DNA from: Eledone cirrhosa
Lineage: Eukaryota
Direction: 5' to 3'
Assembly: GCA_964016885.1 (NCBI GenBank)
Contig: OZ024741.1
Coordinates: forward strand, 175,832,001-175,896,000
DNA length: 64,000 bases
In this document: positions 14,794 through 25,639 of the stretch, in pieces
Position numbering within the stretch: position 1 is the stretch's first letter
Layout of the letters: the number at the start of each line of letters is the position of its first letter
Position numbers and translations under genes: made by a program
Notes under the pieces: generated by a model
What the model was told of the DNA's origin: nothing
The model's database searches: none
What the model saw: only the letters and a program-made list of their open reading frames with translations

Positions 14794-15000
14794 TTGGAGC
14801 TCCGAAATAGCGATGTATATATGAATGTACATATTGTATATTTAATAATATACTGTATGTTTATTATAAAACATTTTGATTGCCGTTTCACTACGAATTT
14901 ATGGGAACGACTATAGTCACATACCGAGCTTCAGCAAAGACAACGGGAAATAACCGATGATCGTTTCTCGTTGTTTGGTGGTTATCAAGGTAACCCATCA
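14794..15000 (+). mobile_element. Family E diverged copy
   Basis: TTGGAGCTCCGAAATAGCGAT..ATATATGAATG..ACTGTATG..ATAGTC..TTCAGCAAA homologous to 22018-22250. Confidence 0.75.
14953..14991 (-). ncRNA. Decayed U3:A8-core hammerhead motif
   Basis: Minus strand ACC-TTGATAA-(14 nt)-GAAA-CGATCA-TC-GGT; stem I ACC/GGT pairs, stem II does not. Confidence 0.55.
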
Positions 15001-15080
15001 AGGTTATATATCACCATTAAAACAGTGGGGATGTGTTATGTCCTTGAGCAAGACACTTTATTTCACGTTGCTCCTTTTAC

Positions 15081-15110
<30 letters not shown>

Positions 15111-15114
<4 letters not shown>

Positions 15115-15340
15115 ATATTAAATAAATGGAAAACTAAATTTATAAAACCATATTTATTCTATTTTACAGTCTGAGTTCAAATCCCGCCGAGGTTAACTTT
15201 GCCTTTCATCCTTACGGGGTCGATAAAATAAAGTACCAGTAATGTACTGGATAATTGGTGGCCTTGTGCCTAAAGTAGAAACAAATATATATATTTCAAG
15301 GGTACCAACATTTTGGTACGCTATCATCAGATAAAATACG
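15111..15340 (-). mobile_element. PLE terminal family F copy interrupted by a SINE family 1 fragment (15168-15284, +)
   Basis: Both flanks of the SINE match the 34822-34935 unit. Confidence 0.8.
15286..15339 (-). ncRNA. Type I hammerhead (family F), 3' strand of stem I displaced by SINE
   Basis: CTGATGA-tagcgtaccaa-aatg-ttggtaccctt-GAAA-tatata-TA. Confidence 0.7.
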
Positions 15341-16317
15341 AAGTGTGTTTTCTAAATTTTGACATAACCAAGGAGAATATACCTTAACGGTTCAAGTTTT
15401 CCTTGGATAGTAAAGGGATAAGAGAAGAAAAGTCAGATATTTCAAATTATTAAGATGATTATGCAAATGAGGTTTAGGTAAAAGGGCTGAAAAAAACGTA
15501 TTTTAGACGCTATGGAAAATTCAAATAATTATGATAAGTTATTGTATGCGTAGGAAAGAAGCGAATGAAAGAAGAAATTAACGTTATTCGTACCAGGTTT
15601 CGTACCAGGTTGATGGTTCTTCTGGGTGGGATGTTACCCTCGGTAGAATATTAGGCTGATGGGGCTGTCCCCTTGGCGGCGAGCCAACGTACAGCCTGTC
15701 ACAGTTGGTCTGGAACCACCCTTGGATGCTGGTCCTGCTAGGGTAATCCTACCAGGATCAAAGTTCCTCAGAGTACAAGCCCCGTCACCACGAAAAGGCC
15801 AGACCCAGTAGTATTTTGTACATATATAAAGTACAAAATATTTTGGAAAAATACGTATTTCAAGCTGGAAAAAGTTCTGCCTTCCTTATGATACCAATTC
15901 ATGTCACGAAAACCATAACAAAAATTGATCTAAGCAATCGATCATAGATCATCAGCTATCTATTTTGGTAATCAATCATCAGAGGAATTTCGTCTTTAAA
16001 TAAAGTTCCATTAGAGTTTAGAGTACAAAATAATACTTTTATATCTGCGGGATCCACAAGTTAGGCCACACCACAGACAGCATGGTGTGATAACGTTTTA
16101 ACTGTGGCTGTAGCTATACACAGGATTGGACGTCATATCCAGTAGAAAGAGGTGCGAAGTACTAGTGACAGAGTGAGCAGCTCAACAAATAAATAATTTG
16201 GAGCAGTTATGTACTAATTTATGGTATCACAACATATACACTATGCATGATTACATATGTTTCTCATTAGAAAAGCTCAATGGACATTTGTCCAGAGCAT
16301 CAATAATTCAAATTAAG

Positions 16318-16354
<37 letters not shown>

Positions 16355-16358
<4 letters not shown>

Positions 16359-16536
16359 AACGAGTAGGACCCCGACGGCTGAGCTCAAGCCGTTTCGAAG
16401 GTTAATTCTGGACTGAAATGGCTTGAGCTCAGCCGTCGGGGTCCTACTCGTTCCTATTATCCACTCTACTACCCTAAGTATTGAGTACTTTGGTGCGTTA
16501 TGGTCCACCTGGTTACTTACCACATTTCCTTCGTTA
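16355..16536 (+). mobile_element. PLE terminal family A fold-back insertion in (TA)n
   Basis: Inverted arms ~16355-16398/16413-16456 plus tail matching the 3' end of the PLE at 25100-25221. Confidence 0.85.
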
Positions 16537-16552
16537 TATATATATAGAGAGA

Positions 16553-16627
<75 letters not shown>

Positions 16628-17630
16628 ATATACTGTCTGAGAAGCAGTATTTTGTACATATATAAAGTAGATATTTCGGAAAATACATAAGTGAAGGTGG
16701 AATAAGTTCTTTCCTTAAGCATACATTTTGTTATGTCCAACTAGTATTCTCTTTTAAGTATATCAAATGTGTAGATCATGTCTTTTAGTAAAAGTGAACG
16801 ATTTATTGTTTAGAGCAATGATCGTATGTGTAAACATGAATTCGAGTTCGGTTCCTTGAACCAATTTCTTTTCTCTCAATCGCTGTAGTCTTATTTTCTA
16901 AACCTAGCCTAAATTCAACCCCCAAACTCATTTTTTCATTTAAGCATATCGAATATGTAGACATTATTTTTCCTAAAGCCAACATTTTAGTTTGTAGAGC
17001 ACTTTGAACGCCCTGTAGAACAGGCTGAACGCCATTTATCACCCTCCTACTCCCACCAACACAACTTGAGACAACGACAGGGTGGCTGAGGGTTGCCATC
17101 TCATTGAAACAAGTCACTCGGCCATCCACATATTCCCTCTATAGTAAATACTGTACCGGAGACATCAGAGATACACGGATGGCCTAAGTAATTTATGGAC
17201 CTAATGACTAGTGGTAAGTTCAGCTGACACTGGTTCTTGTGGTGACAATAAACATCCGAGGGCCAATACAGTACAAAACAAAACAATATATGAAAGAGCC
17301 TAACGTGCATGTTCCCCCACCACCCCAACACACCGATTATCACTGACCATTCGTCCGGACCCCTACCCCTAATGCCCAGGAAAAGAGAAATACACTCATG
17401 TCGTTCCCTCTACATTGAACGTGAAATCTCAGCTTTGTCACTATAAATGTCGAAACAATGACCAGCAAGAATAGTGATATATGTTAGGGTGGAGTCGAGT
17501 AGATGTCTGCCTCTCTGCCTGTCTGCCCGTTCGTCTGTCCGTCTGTCTGTCTCTCTCTCTTCCTCTCTTTCTGTATATATATATACATATGTATACAGAA
17601 CTAGAGGGGAAGATATATATATACGAGCTC

Positions 17631-17723
<93 letters not shown>

Positions 17724-18094
17724 TGTTGTAGTTTGCTTGAAGCAATGTGGAATAGGAAATACAAATTTAAATAGGTTTAAATATTTGGAAGGCCTACAAT
17801 GCGTAAGATTAAAAGTGATAAGGTAATAGAGGATATAGAGGAAATATGAAGACGATAAATTCTAACTTAGCAAATTTATATATCTCAAATATTTTCGGGT
17901 TTAAAAACCTATTCTCAAGTGAGGGTCCGTGTATAGTTGTTCAAAGAGCAATCGGAGAAATGTTGTTTGGGTGGCAGATTTAATTTATATACATATATAT
18001 ATATATATATACGCACATGCACACACGCGCCCACATTCATACACACACACATGCACACACACATAAATATATATATACAGAGAGAGAGAGAGAG

Positions 18095-18200
<106 letters not shown>

Positions 18201-18244
18201 ATATTTGTATGTATATTTGTATGTATACATGCATATATATATAT

Positions 18245-18288
18245 ATTAATTCTGGCAATATTACACAAATATGACCCTCCCCAAGTAT

Positions 18289-18294
<6 letters not shown>
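18245..18294 (+). mobile_element. Family C terminal 50-bp fragment between TA tracts
   Basis: Reverse complement of 14121-14170. Confidence 0.7.
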
Positions 18295-18332
<38 letters not shown>

Positions 18333-18338
<6 letters not shown>

Positions 18339-18424
18339 ACAGAGTAAAGTTTAAGCAAAGAATCGCTGCTTTCACCCTTAACCGGATCTTCTGAAACTCT
18401 TTGGATTTTAGTCTTCAAATATTA

Positions 18425-18429
<5 letters not shown>
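18333..18429. mobile_element. Family D short insertion in (TA)n
   Basis: AATAACAGA.TAAAGTTTAAGCAAAGAAT and TCTTCAAAT shared with 25640-25797 and 60679-60757. Confidence 0.7.
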
Positions 18430-18461
<32 letters not shown>

Positions 18462-18699
18462 TAATTAGTTAAGCAAAACAAGACCACAAAATTCACAAGG
18501 AAGACGTTAGATATCTCTATATATAGAGAGAGATATATAAATATCATATATACGTACTATATACTAATAAGGCCACGATTAGTTCATATAGAAATCATAA
18601 ATTAAATATGAAAAGACATCTACAAGAGTCAACTGATATATATGTCTGCATGCGTCTGCACGTGTGCGTGTGTGTTTGTGTATGCCCTCATAAGATACT

Positions 18700-18733
<34 letters not shown>

Positions 18734-18821
18734 GCTTTCACCGTATTCTTTTTTGACTAAAGAAATTTTAGTCTGATAATGGGGTTAGAACCCTCAGATA
18801 AATGGAAAAAGATGAGTATAG

Positions 18822-18891
18822 ATGTACATGGGAGCCGAACCCACATCTTTGGTTATCCAGACCACTGTGCTACCATTACACCAACATATCA
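18822..18891 (-). other. tRNA-like sequence (repeat-derived or pseudo-tRNA)
   Basis: A-box TGGTGTAATGGTAGC, arm TGGT-CTGGATA-ACCA, B-box-like GGTTCGGCTCCC; acceptor stem poor. Confidence 0.55.
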
Positions 18892-19369
18892 TGTGATGTG
18901 TTGGTGTAATGGTAGCAAGGTGCTCTTCAGTAGGTATCCAAACTTAGTAGACCTTTCACTTCTAAGAATCTAAGAAGACTGAATAGTATGCTCATATAAA
19001 AGCCTATGTTACAGCGCCTAGCGTGTTTCACATACTCATGTCGCTAAAAATAGCAGCCGGGTTTATGAGACTAAAGTTAGCTCTACGAACCGGAGCCGAG
19101 AATATCATACATTTACTTTAAATCGGGTCACGCAAACCATATTGTTTTAAGTTAGTATTCTTTTCAACCTTGTTAACTTGGTCCTTTGCAATTGGAACAC
19201 ATGTATACTTATATCTGTGTTCATCTCTCTCATATTCAATTATATTGCACGGCTCGGAAAAATGTCTTTCTTGGAGCTATTTAATTGTAAAAGACTATTT
19301 TGTGTTTCTAACTCAATGTGTGATATATATACATGTGTCTGTGTATAAATACATACATAGACACACATA

Positions 19370-19424
<55 letters not shown>

Positions 19425-20344
19425 GTGTATGTGTGTATAAATACATAGACACACATACTTATATATATATTACTTTATATGTTGCTTCCTCATCTATTTA
19501 TTTCCTTTTTGCCTTCTCCATTTTGTTAGAAAGATTTGAATATGTAATTTTTCTAACACATACCTGATAATCTTATGAATAATTTCTTATATATTTCAAT
19601 ATTTGTATACATTTTCCAAGCAGGTTTTTGAACTCTAGCCAATTAATTTTCTTTCCAATAGTTATTTTTGTTTACCTTCCAAGCCATAATCATTTCATCT
19701 CCACTAAAGTTTTTCATACTATCATTTCTTTTATTACCCACTTGTAAAACTGTTTACTAAATGTTTTCTTTATATTTTAAAAGTTCACTTTAAAACTTAC
19801 TTTCGCATAAATTAAATTACAAAAAATATGTCGTAGTCTGCATGAAGTTCTTTAAGTTTCCTAATTCTTATTTAAGTACTACATATGAAAAATAATTTTC
19901 CTAGTTGTATTTTACTCGTTTCTCTATTAACACTTCACTCTCAGAAGGAATTTAAAAAACATCTTGTGCTTAAAATAAACTTCTTGTTATTTTACCTATA
20001 GCTTATATTAGAGGCTTTTAAAATAGATTTGATATTCCTTTTTATATTACTCAATATTTCCTATCTTGTATATGCTACCCTTCTTTCAAGAGAAGAGAAT
20101 AGAATTTCATTTATTCCACTGCATATAATAATGGCCTTGCAGCAATATATTACTTCGTTCTTCAGCACGAATTTTCCATTCGTATCGGCATATACTTCCC
20201 AATTAAGGAGTAGGGATGCCATAGTGACAAACGATGTGTTTTAGACATTTGAAACGTAGCAGATCACATCCCAAACTATGTCAAAACACAGTCGATGTTT
20301 TACTGAGAGAGCGTGAGAGAGAGAGAGGGGTGGGTGGGAATCCA

Positions 20345-20455
20345 CTTAGTACTTGACTGTTACTTTTTTATTGACGTCGAAATGATGAAAGGCCGAGTTG
20401 ACCTCGGTGAGATTTGAACTTTAAGCACAGAGCGTCGAAACGAATACCGCAATGA
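20345..20455 (-). mobile_element. SINE family 1
   Basis: Reverse complement of GTTCAAATCTCACCGAGGTCAACTCGGCCTTTCATC. Confidence 0.75.
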
Positions 20456-21325
20456 ATTCGCTAATTGTCAGCGATTTTTCTTCTCTAATTCTCTCCGCAG
20501 CTATTAAATTTCTAATCCAGCTTCTTTGAGACGTCGTTATTTATCTCAAAACAACACACTCGATAACCATCAAATCTCATAATAATTCTTTTTCTAAAAG
20601 CATTTATCATCCATTAAATAATCTATTGGTAATAGAAATGTTTCTTTTCTCTCTAATAACCATATTGTCTCGTTTTGTCAAATCGTTTTCAATTTCGGTG
20701 TCTGGTATCGTTTTCAAAATATTCTGCACTCGTATCTGTGCTTCTCCATTTCTCCACCTACTAATAGCAACAAAGTTCCTATATTTCACTTTTTCCACTC
20801 TCTAAAATAACGTTCTGCAACCATTAAATTCTTCGTTATTCAATACGAATTTTCCATACGTTATGAATTTCTGTATGCATGGACCCATTACTCCCAACGG
20901 AGCCGTAGTGGCACCGAAGTGACATGTTACGCGTTTTAGCCATTTTAAATCTGTCAGAGATCATCCCTCTCCGGGTCTGAACACACCAGATTTATCCCAA
21001 CACCAATATACACCCCATAAAAACATGACAAACTTCTGAATGCAGAACCAGCAGTTGTAAGAATAAATAATAAGAAAATATATAAATAATTTCGTCAGCC
21101 TAATTTTTACTTACCTCATATCAATCGTAGCGACTGACTTTTCCTTAGAAATTTGACACATTAGCCCACCGACCAGCCCCAACTGACTAAAACTATAGAG
21201 TAGTATCTACCACATATTGCTTGCCTACAGCCATCGTTCTGTACATAAGAAGGTCGCTTGTAGCTGGACTGGTATCATCGTGTTCCTAACTATACCAAGC
21301 TTATAAAAGACTTTAACACTTTAAC

Positions 21326-21395
21326 ACCTATCTGATGACAACATTAAAGGATTATTATGCAATCACGTTAATGTCTTAGAAATGCGCATAAGGAT
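21326..21395 (+). ncRNA. Type I hammerhead motif (family H)
   Basis: CTGATGA (21332-38), stem II ACATTAA..TTAATGT, GAAA (21379-82), palindromic stem III ATGCGCAT, AUA triplet; stem I imperfect. Confidence 0.65.
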
Positions 21396-21532
21396 TATAT
21401 ATTACACAAAAGATGTAACATAAAAATGTCTCTCTTCTATATAATATTGATACTTCGTCTGATACCTTGTAGGTAGTACCTTAAAGTAACCCACGCGTTG
21501 AGTGCTTAGTTCTATTTACACTAATGGATCGA

Positions 21533-21561
21533 TTATTGTTAACCAAATTTTCTTTAGTTGG

Positions 21562-21601
<40 letters not shown>

Positions 21602-21622
21602 CCAACTAAAGAAAATTTGGTT

Positions 21623-21630
<8 letters not shown>
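21533..21630. repeat. Fold-back of the family H 3' end around a (TA)n spacer
   Basis: TTATTGTTAACCAAATTTTCTTTAGTTGGAATTA and its exact reverse complement. Confidence 0.9.
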
Positions 21631-21711
<81 letters not shown>

Positions 21712-21830
21712 ATATATATATATATGAATGTATATATATTGTATTTTGCAATACACTGTATGCTTAATTAAAAGCATTTCGAAGACTTTACGCTATTGTT
21801 TTAGAGTAGTGATAGTCTCACTTACTTTAA

Positions 21831-21926
21831 ATTTTCAGCAAACAAGGGGAGATAAAGCTGACAGAGCTCTGTTTCGTACTTTTTGGTACTTATCAAAGCT
21901 AAGTACTCTCCCTGTTTGCTGAAAAT
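21831..21926 (-). ncRNA. Type I hammerhead ribozyme with U3:A8 variant core and extended stem I
   Basis: Minus strand AGCT-TTGATAA-GTAC-CAAAAA-GTAC-GAAA-CAGAGCTCTG-TC-AGCT enclosed by a ~19-bp outer stem; GUC triplet. Confidence 0.8.
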
Positions 21927-22153
21927 CAAGAATGTTTAATTCTTATAGAATTCTAGTAATAATCAGGAACTGATTATACAGAGCGGTTGCCGGTCAAGCA
22001 AACATTGAACATTAGAATTGGTGCTCTGAAATAGCGATATATATATATGAATGAATATATAGTGTATTTTGCAATACACTGTATGCTTAATTAAAAGCAT
22101 TTCGAAGAGCTTACGCTATTGTTTTAGAGTAGTGATAGTCTCACTTACTTTAA

Positions 22154-22248
22154 ATTTTCAGCAAACAGGGGAGATAAAGCTGACAGAGCTCTGTTTCGTA
22201 CTTTTTGTTACTTATCAAAGCTAAGTACTCCTCCTGTTTGCTGAAAAT
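22154..22248 (-). ncRNA. Second copy of the U3:A8 hammerhead
   Basis: Same fold; one stem II substitution (GTAA/GTAC). Confidence 0.78.
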
Positions 22249-22312
22249 CATGAATGCTTGATTCTTATAGATACTTATAGAATTCTAGTAATAATCAGGA
22301 ACTGGTTATACA

Positions 22313-24305
22313 GAGCGCTTTTTTTCTACGATAGATACCGCGACAATCAGGACTTCGACACCAAGGAGAGATTCGGATTCAATACCTACAAATCTCCCCC
22401 TCCGGACCCTATGCTCTCACTCTTCGAGAACGACCTTTTCCACTTGGTCAAGAGCATTAAATTCATACCCATACACAACATAATCCTACAACAACTCCAT
22501 AGCAAAATAAAAGAGTATGAAAACACCAACGACATCAGGGTGCACTCGGACAAAACAGGAAACCTCTATTTCGTCAACCCTGACAGATACCACACACTGA
22601 TCAGGAGCAGCCTAAACTCCACCTATAAAAAGACTAACCATTCAATTATCGAGGACATAAATCGAGATGGACAACAAATTACCTCCAGTCTCGGGGTCGC
22701 CGACCGCACTGAACCTCTAGACCCACGGACTCCCTACTTCACACTAAAGGACCACAAATCCGACTTCGACCGCAAACCATCCATTAGGCTTATAAACCCA
22801 ACGAAGTCGGACATAGGAGAATCTGTAAAAAGATCCTAGACCGAGTTATACCAACAGTTAAGCAAAACGTGAGACTTAGCCTATGGGTCAGCATCCAGGA
22901 AGTAATCTCATGGTTCAGGAATATGGAGGACAAACGAGACACAAAATTCATCCAGTTTGACATAGAGAGTTACTATGCATCTATTACCTTACCGCTCCTT
23001 ACGGCCGCCTTGGACTTTGCCGAAACACTCACACCCATCACTGAGCAGGAAAGAAATATCATTCTCCACGCCAGGAAGACAGTCCTACTTTTCGACAACT
23101 CTAAAGGTATAAAGAGAGCTCCCGACTCCCCCTTCGACGTCAGTATGGGCGCGAGGGATTCGGCCGAGGTGACAGATCTTATAGGATTATTCCTACTATT
23201 TAAACTCACCGAAATGTTTCCTGCATTCGGCGGTAGATTGTACCGCGATGATGGGCTCCTCACCCTCAGAGGGTACAACCCCAGTAGTACAGACCGGGTC
23301 CGTAAACAACTAATCAACTTCTTCCGGGACTGGGGATTTAAAATCACCCTACAAACGTCCCTAACCCGAGTCAATTTCCTAGACGTTACCCGTAACTTCG
23401 AAAATGATCTGTACTACCCATACAGGAAACCAAACGACAACCTGCACTACATCCACCGCCGCTCTAACGATCCTAGAAACATCACTAATAACCTGGTTAA
23501 AAACATCCCCCTCTGCATATCTCGTTTGTCCGCTAATGAGCAGATATTCGACGAACACCCGCCTCATTACAACCAGGCCCTCAAGCGGAGTGGCTTCCAG
23601 GAGGAAATATCCTTTTATGCAGCTTCCCTTAGCGGATCCAGCATGCGACACTGCCGCTCATGCAACGTAACGGGGTTCAATCCTTCCCATAATGCCGAGG
23701 TGGTAACACCTATCGGGAAAATCTTCTTTAGACTCCTCAAAAAACACTTTCCACTACAACACCGCTACCACAACATAATCAACAAAAACACCACCAAACT
23801 CTCCTACAGCACCACACATAACTTCGTACAAAACATCGTCTCCTCAAACAACAAAAAGCTCAACCCCTATGGAAGAAATAACCTAGACATCAGTGGAGAG
23901 CCGACCAGGAGGTGTAACTGCCCTGATAGATCTATGTGCCCCCTCAACAACAAATGCCGAGAACGTAACGTGATCTACCAGTGCAACGTGAGGGCGGACA
24001 CCTCCAACAAAGCTTATATAGGATTAACCGCGTGTGACTTCAAGACCCGGCTCTACCAACACCGACGTACTTTCCGAAACCTGGTCCGGCGACATGCCAC
24101 TACACTTTCGGGCCACATCTCGGAACTCCAAGATAATAATATAACCTACAATCTCACTTGGAGCTTACTGTCCAAAGCTAACTCTTACACGGGAGGATGC
24201 CCTCCGTGTAACTTATGCTCGGAGGAAACATTACAAATGTTGTTTTCGAAGGACCAACTCCTAAACAAGAAAGAGGAACTGGTAACCGCATGCAAACACA
24301 GATAG
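22313..24305 (+). pseudogene. PLE RT + GIY-YIG endonuclease, one frameshift near 22830
   Basis: SDKTGNLY, LKDHK..RLINPTKSDIG, FDIESYYASI, MGARDSAE, LYRDDGL, CNCx5CPLx3C linker, NVIY..YIGLT..FKTR..QH, CNLC..E, CKHR. Confidence 0.92.
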
Positions 24306-25025
24306 TGTAGAACTTACCTCCCCTTCAAACCCCATAAAGACCAGGGTGAGTAGACAAGGGTTGATACCCCCTACTTGCCGAATAAGTTAGGGGAAACCCC
24401 AGCTTACTTAGGTAGATGTATATCTTTTCTTTTCTTTTCCTCTTTGTCTTCTTCTTCCCCGTCTCATCCTATCACTTCCTTCCACCCCCTATTTTCTTCC
24501 TCCTCTGCTTTTCCCCTTCGCCTACCCCGATGCAGACCATCGGGCCTCTGTAGCATCAGTTCCCCCACCCCTGTAATCTTAAGATAGAATTGGCCGAATA
24601 CATTTTACTAACTACTTATAACAGACGTGTTATACCCCTATAATTCTGTATCAGTTCTGGTACTACTCAATTCTACAAGTTTTTTCTATTCTCAACTTAT
24701 TAACCTGTAATTGTAAGATAGCATGGTGATATTTTTTATTCATTTCTCATTTTATATATTTTTTTATTTATTTCTATTATCTTTTATTGTCTCCTACTCT
24801 CATTTGATTTACCTATTCTATAACCTCCCTCCTCCACTTCATAGTCTATCCTCAGAATCTGCTGTATTCATATCACTTTCAACGCTTGACCGCTCCTGTC
24901 ACTCCCCTATTGTTCTACAGGCAAGTTCAGCCACCCCTACCTCTCACCAAATGCCATGATAGACTTATTTGTGTTTACAACAAATTTTAATCAATCCTCT
25001 TGACAACTACAATCTTCCCATATAA

Positions 25026-25135
25026 GGAAGTACCCCCTTGAAAAGTTTTGCTATTTATTCTCCAGGCTAAAAATTCTAGTTTAGTCCAGAAATAGCTGTC
25101 GAAACGGTGTGAGCTCTGCTGTCGGCGTCATACTT
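25026..25135 (+). ncRNA. Type I hammerhead (family A) with U3:A8 core and long stem II
   Basis: CCCCC-TTGAAAA (25038-44), stem II GCTATTT..GGCTAAA/TTTAGTCC..AAATAGC, GAAA (25101-04), stem III ACGGT/GCTGT with GAGCTC loop, GUC (25121-23). Confidence 0.68.
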
Positions 25136-25344
25136 TTTCTTATTTCCCACTCTTCTACCCTAAGTATTGAGTACTCTGTGCGTTATGGTTCATCTGGTTC
25201 CAGACCACAATACCTTTGTTATATATATATATATAATATATACATACATGTAGGAACGATCGACTTTCGTCAAATCGGACCGAGGGAACAATGTTTCCGT
25301 TGGTCTTTCCAATTGCTAATACTATCTATCGGTCGCAACTCCAG

Positions 25345-25468
25345 GTAGAAGGAGCAACGTGAAATAAAGTGTCTTGCTCAAGGACATAACGCATCGCCTG
25401 GTCCAGGAATCGAACTCACAACCTTACGATTGTGAATCCAATTCTCTAACCACTCAGCCACACGCCTT
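25345..25468 (-). mobile_element. tRNA-derived SINE family 2
   Basis: Minus strand TGGCTGAGTGG A-box, GAGTTCGATTCC B-box, GTCCTTGAGCAAGACACTT core; also at 15035-15074, 41165-41260, 55980-56080. Confidence 0.8.
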
Positions 25469-25582
25469 CACATACATACATACATACATACTTATATATA
25501 TATATACTGTATATATATATATATATATATATATAGTAATAATAATAAATTATACATACATACATACTTATATATATATATA

Positions 25583-25639
<57 letters not shown>

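Larger units (their letters stand above)
21722..22318 (+). repeat. Family E tandem dimer, 323-bp period, abutting a PLE ORF
   Basis: GTATTTTGCAATACACTG at 21741 and 22064; both units end at TATACAGAGCG. Confidence 0.9.
22313..25221 (+). mobile_element. Penelope-like element PLE1 (5'-truncated, long 3' UTR, family A terminus)
   Basis: RT+GIY-YIG ORF followed by ~900-bp UTR ending in (TA)n. Confidence 0.9.

Noticed and set aside
18393-18420. Family D hammerhead 3' half (GAAA-CT..AG-TC)
   Set aside because: No 5' core in any D copy in the window
19480-20820. Possible ancient L1/Tx1-like remnant on the minus strand
   Set aside because: Too decayed; no diagnostic motif could be read
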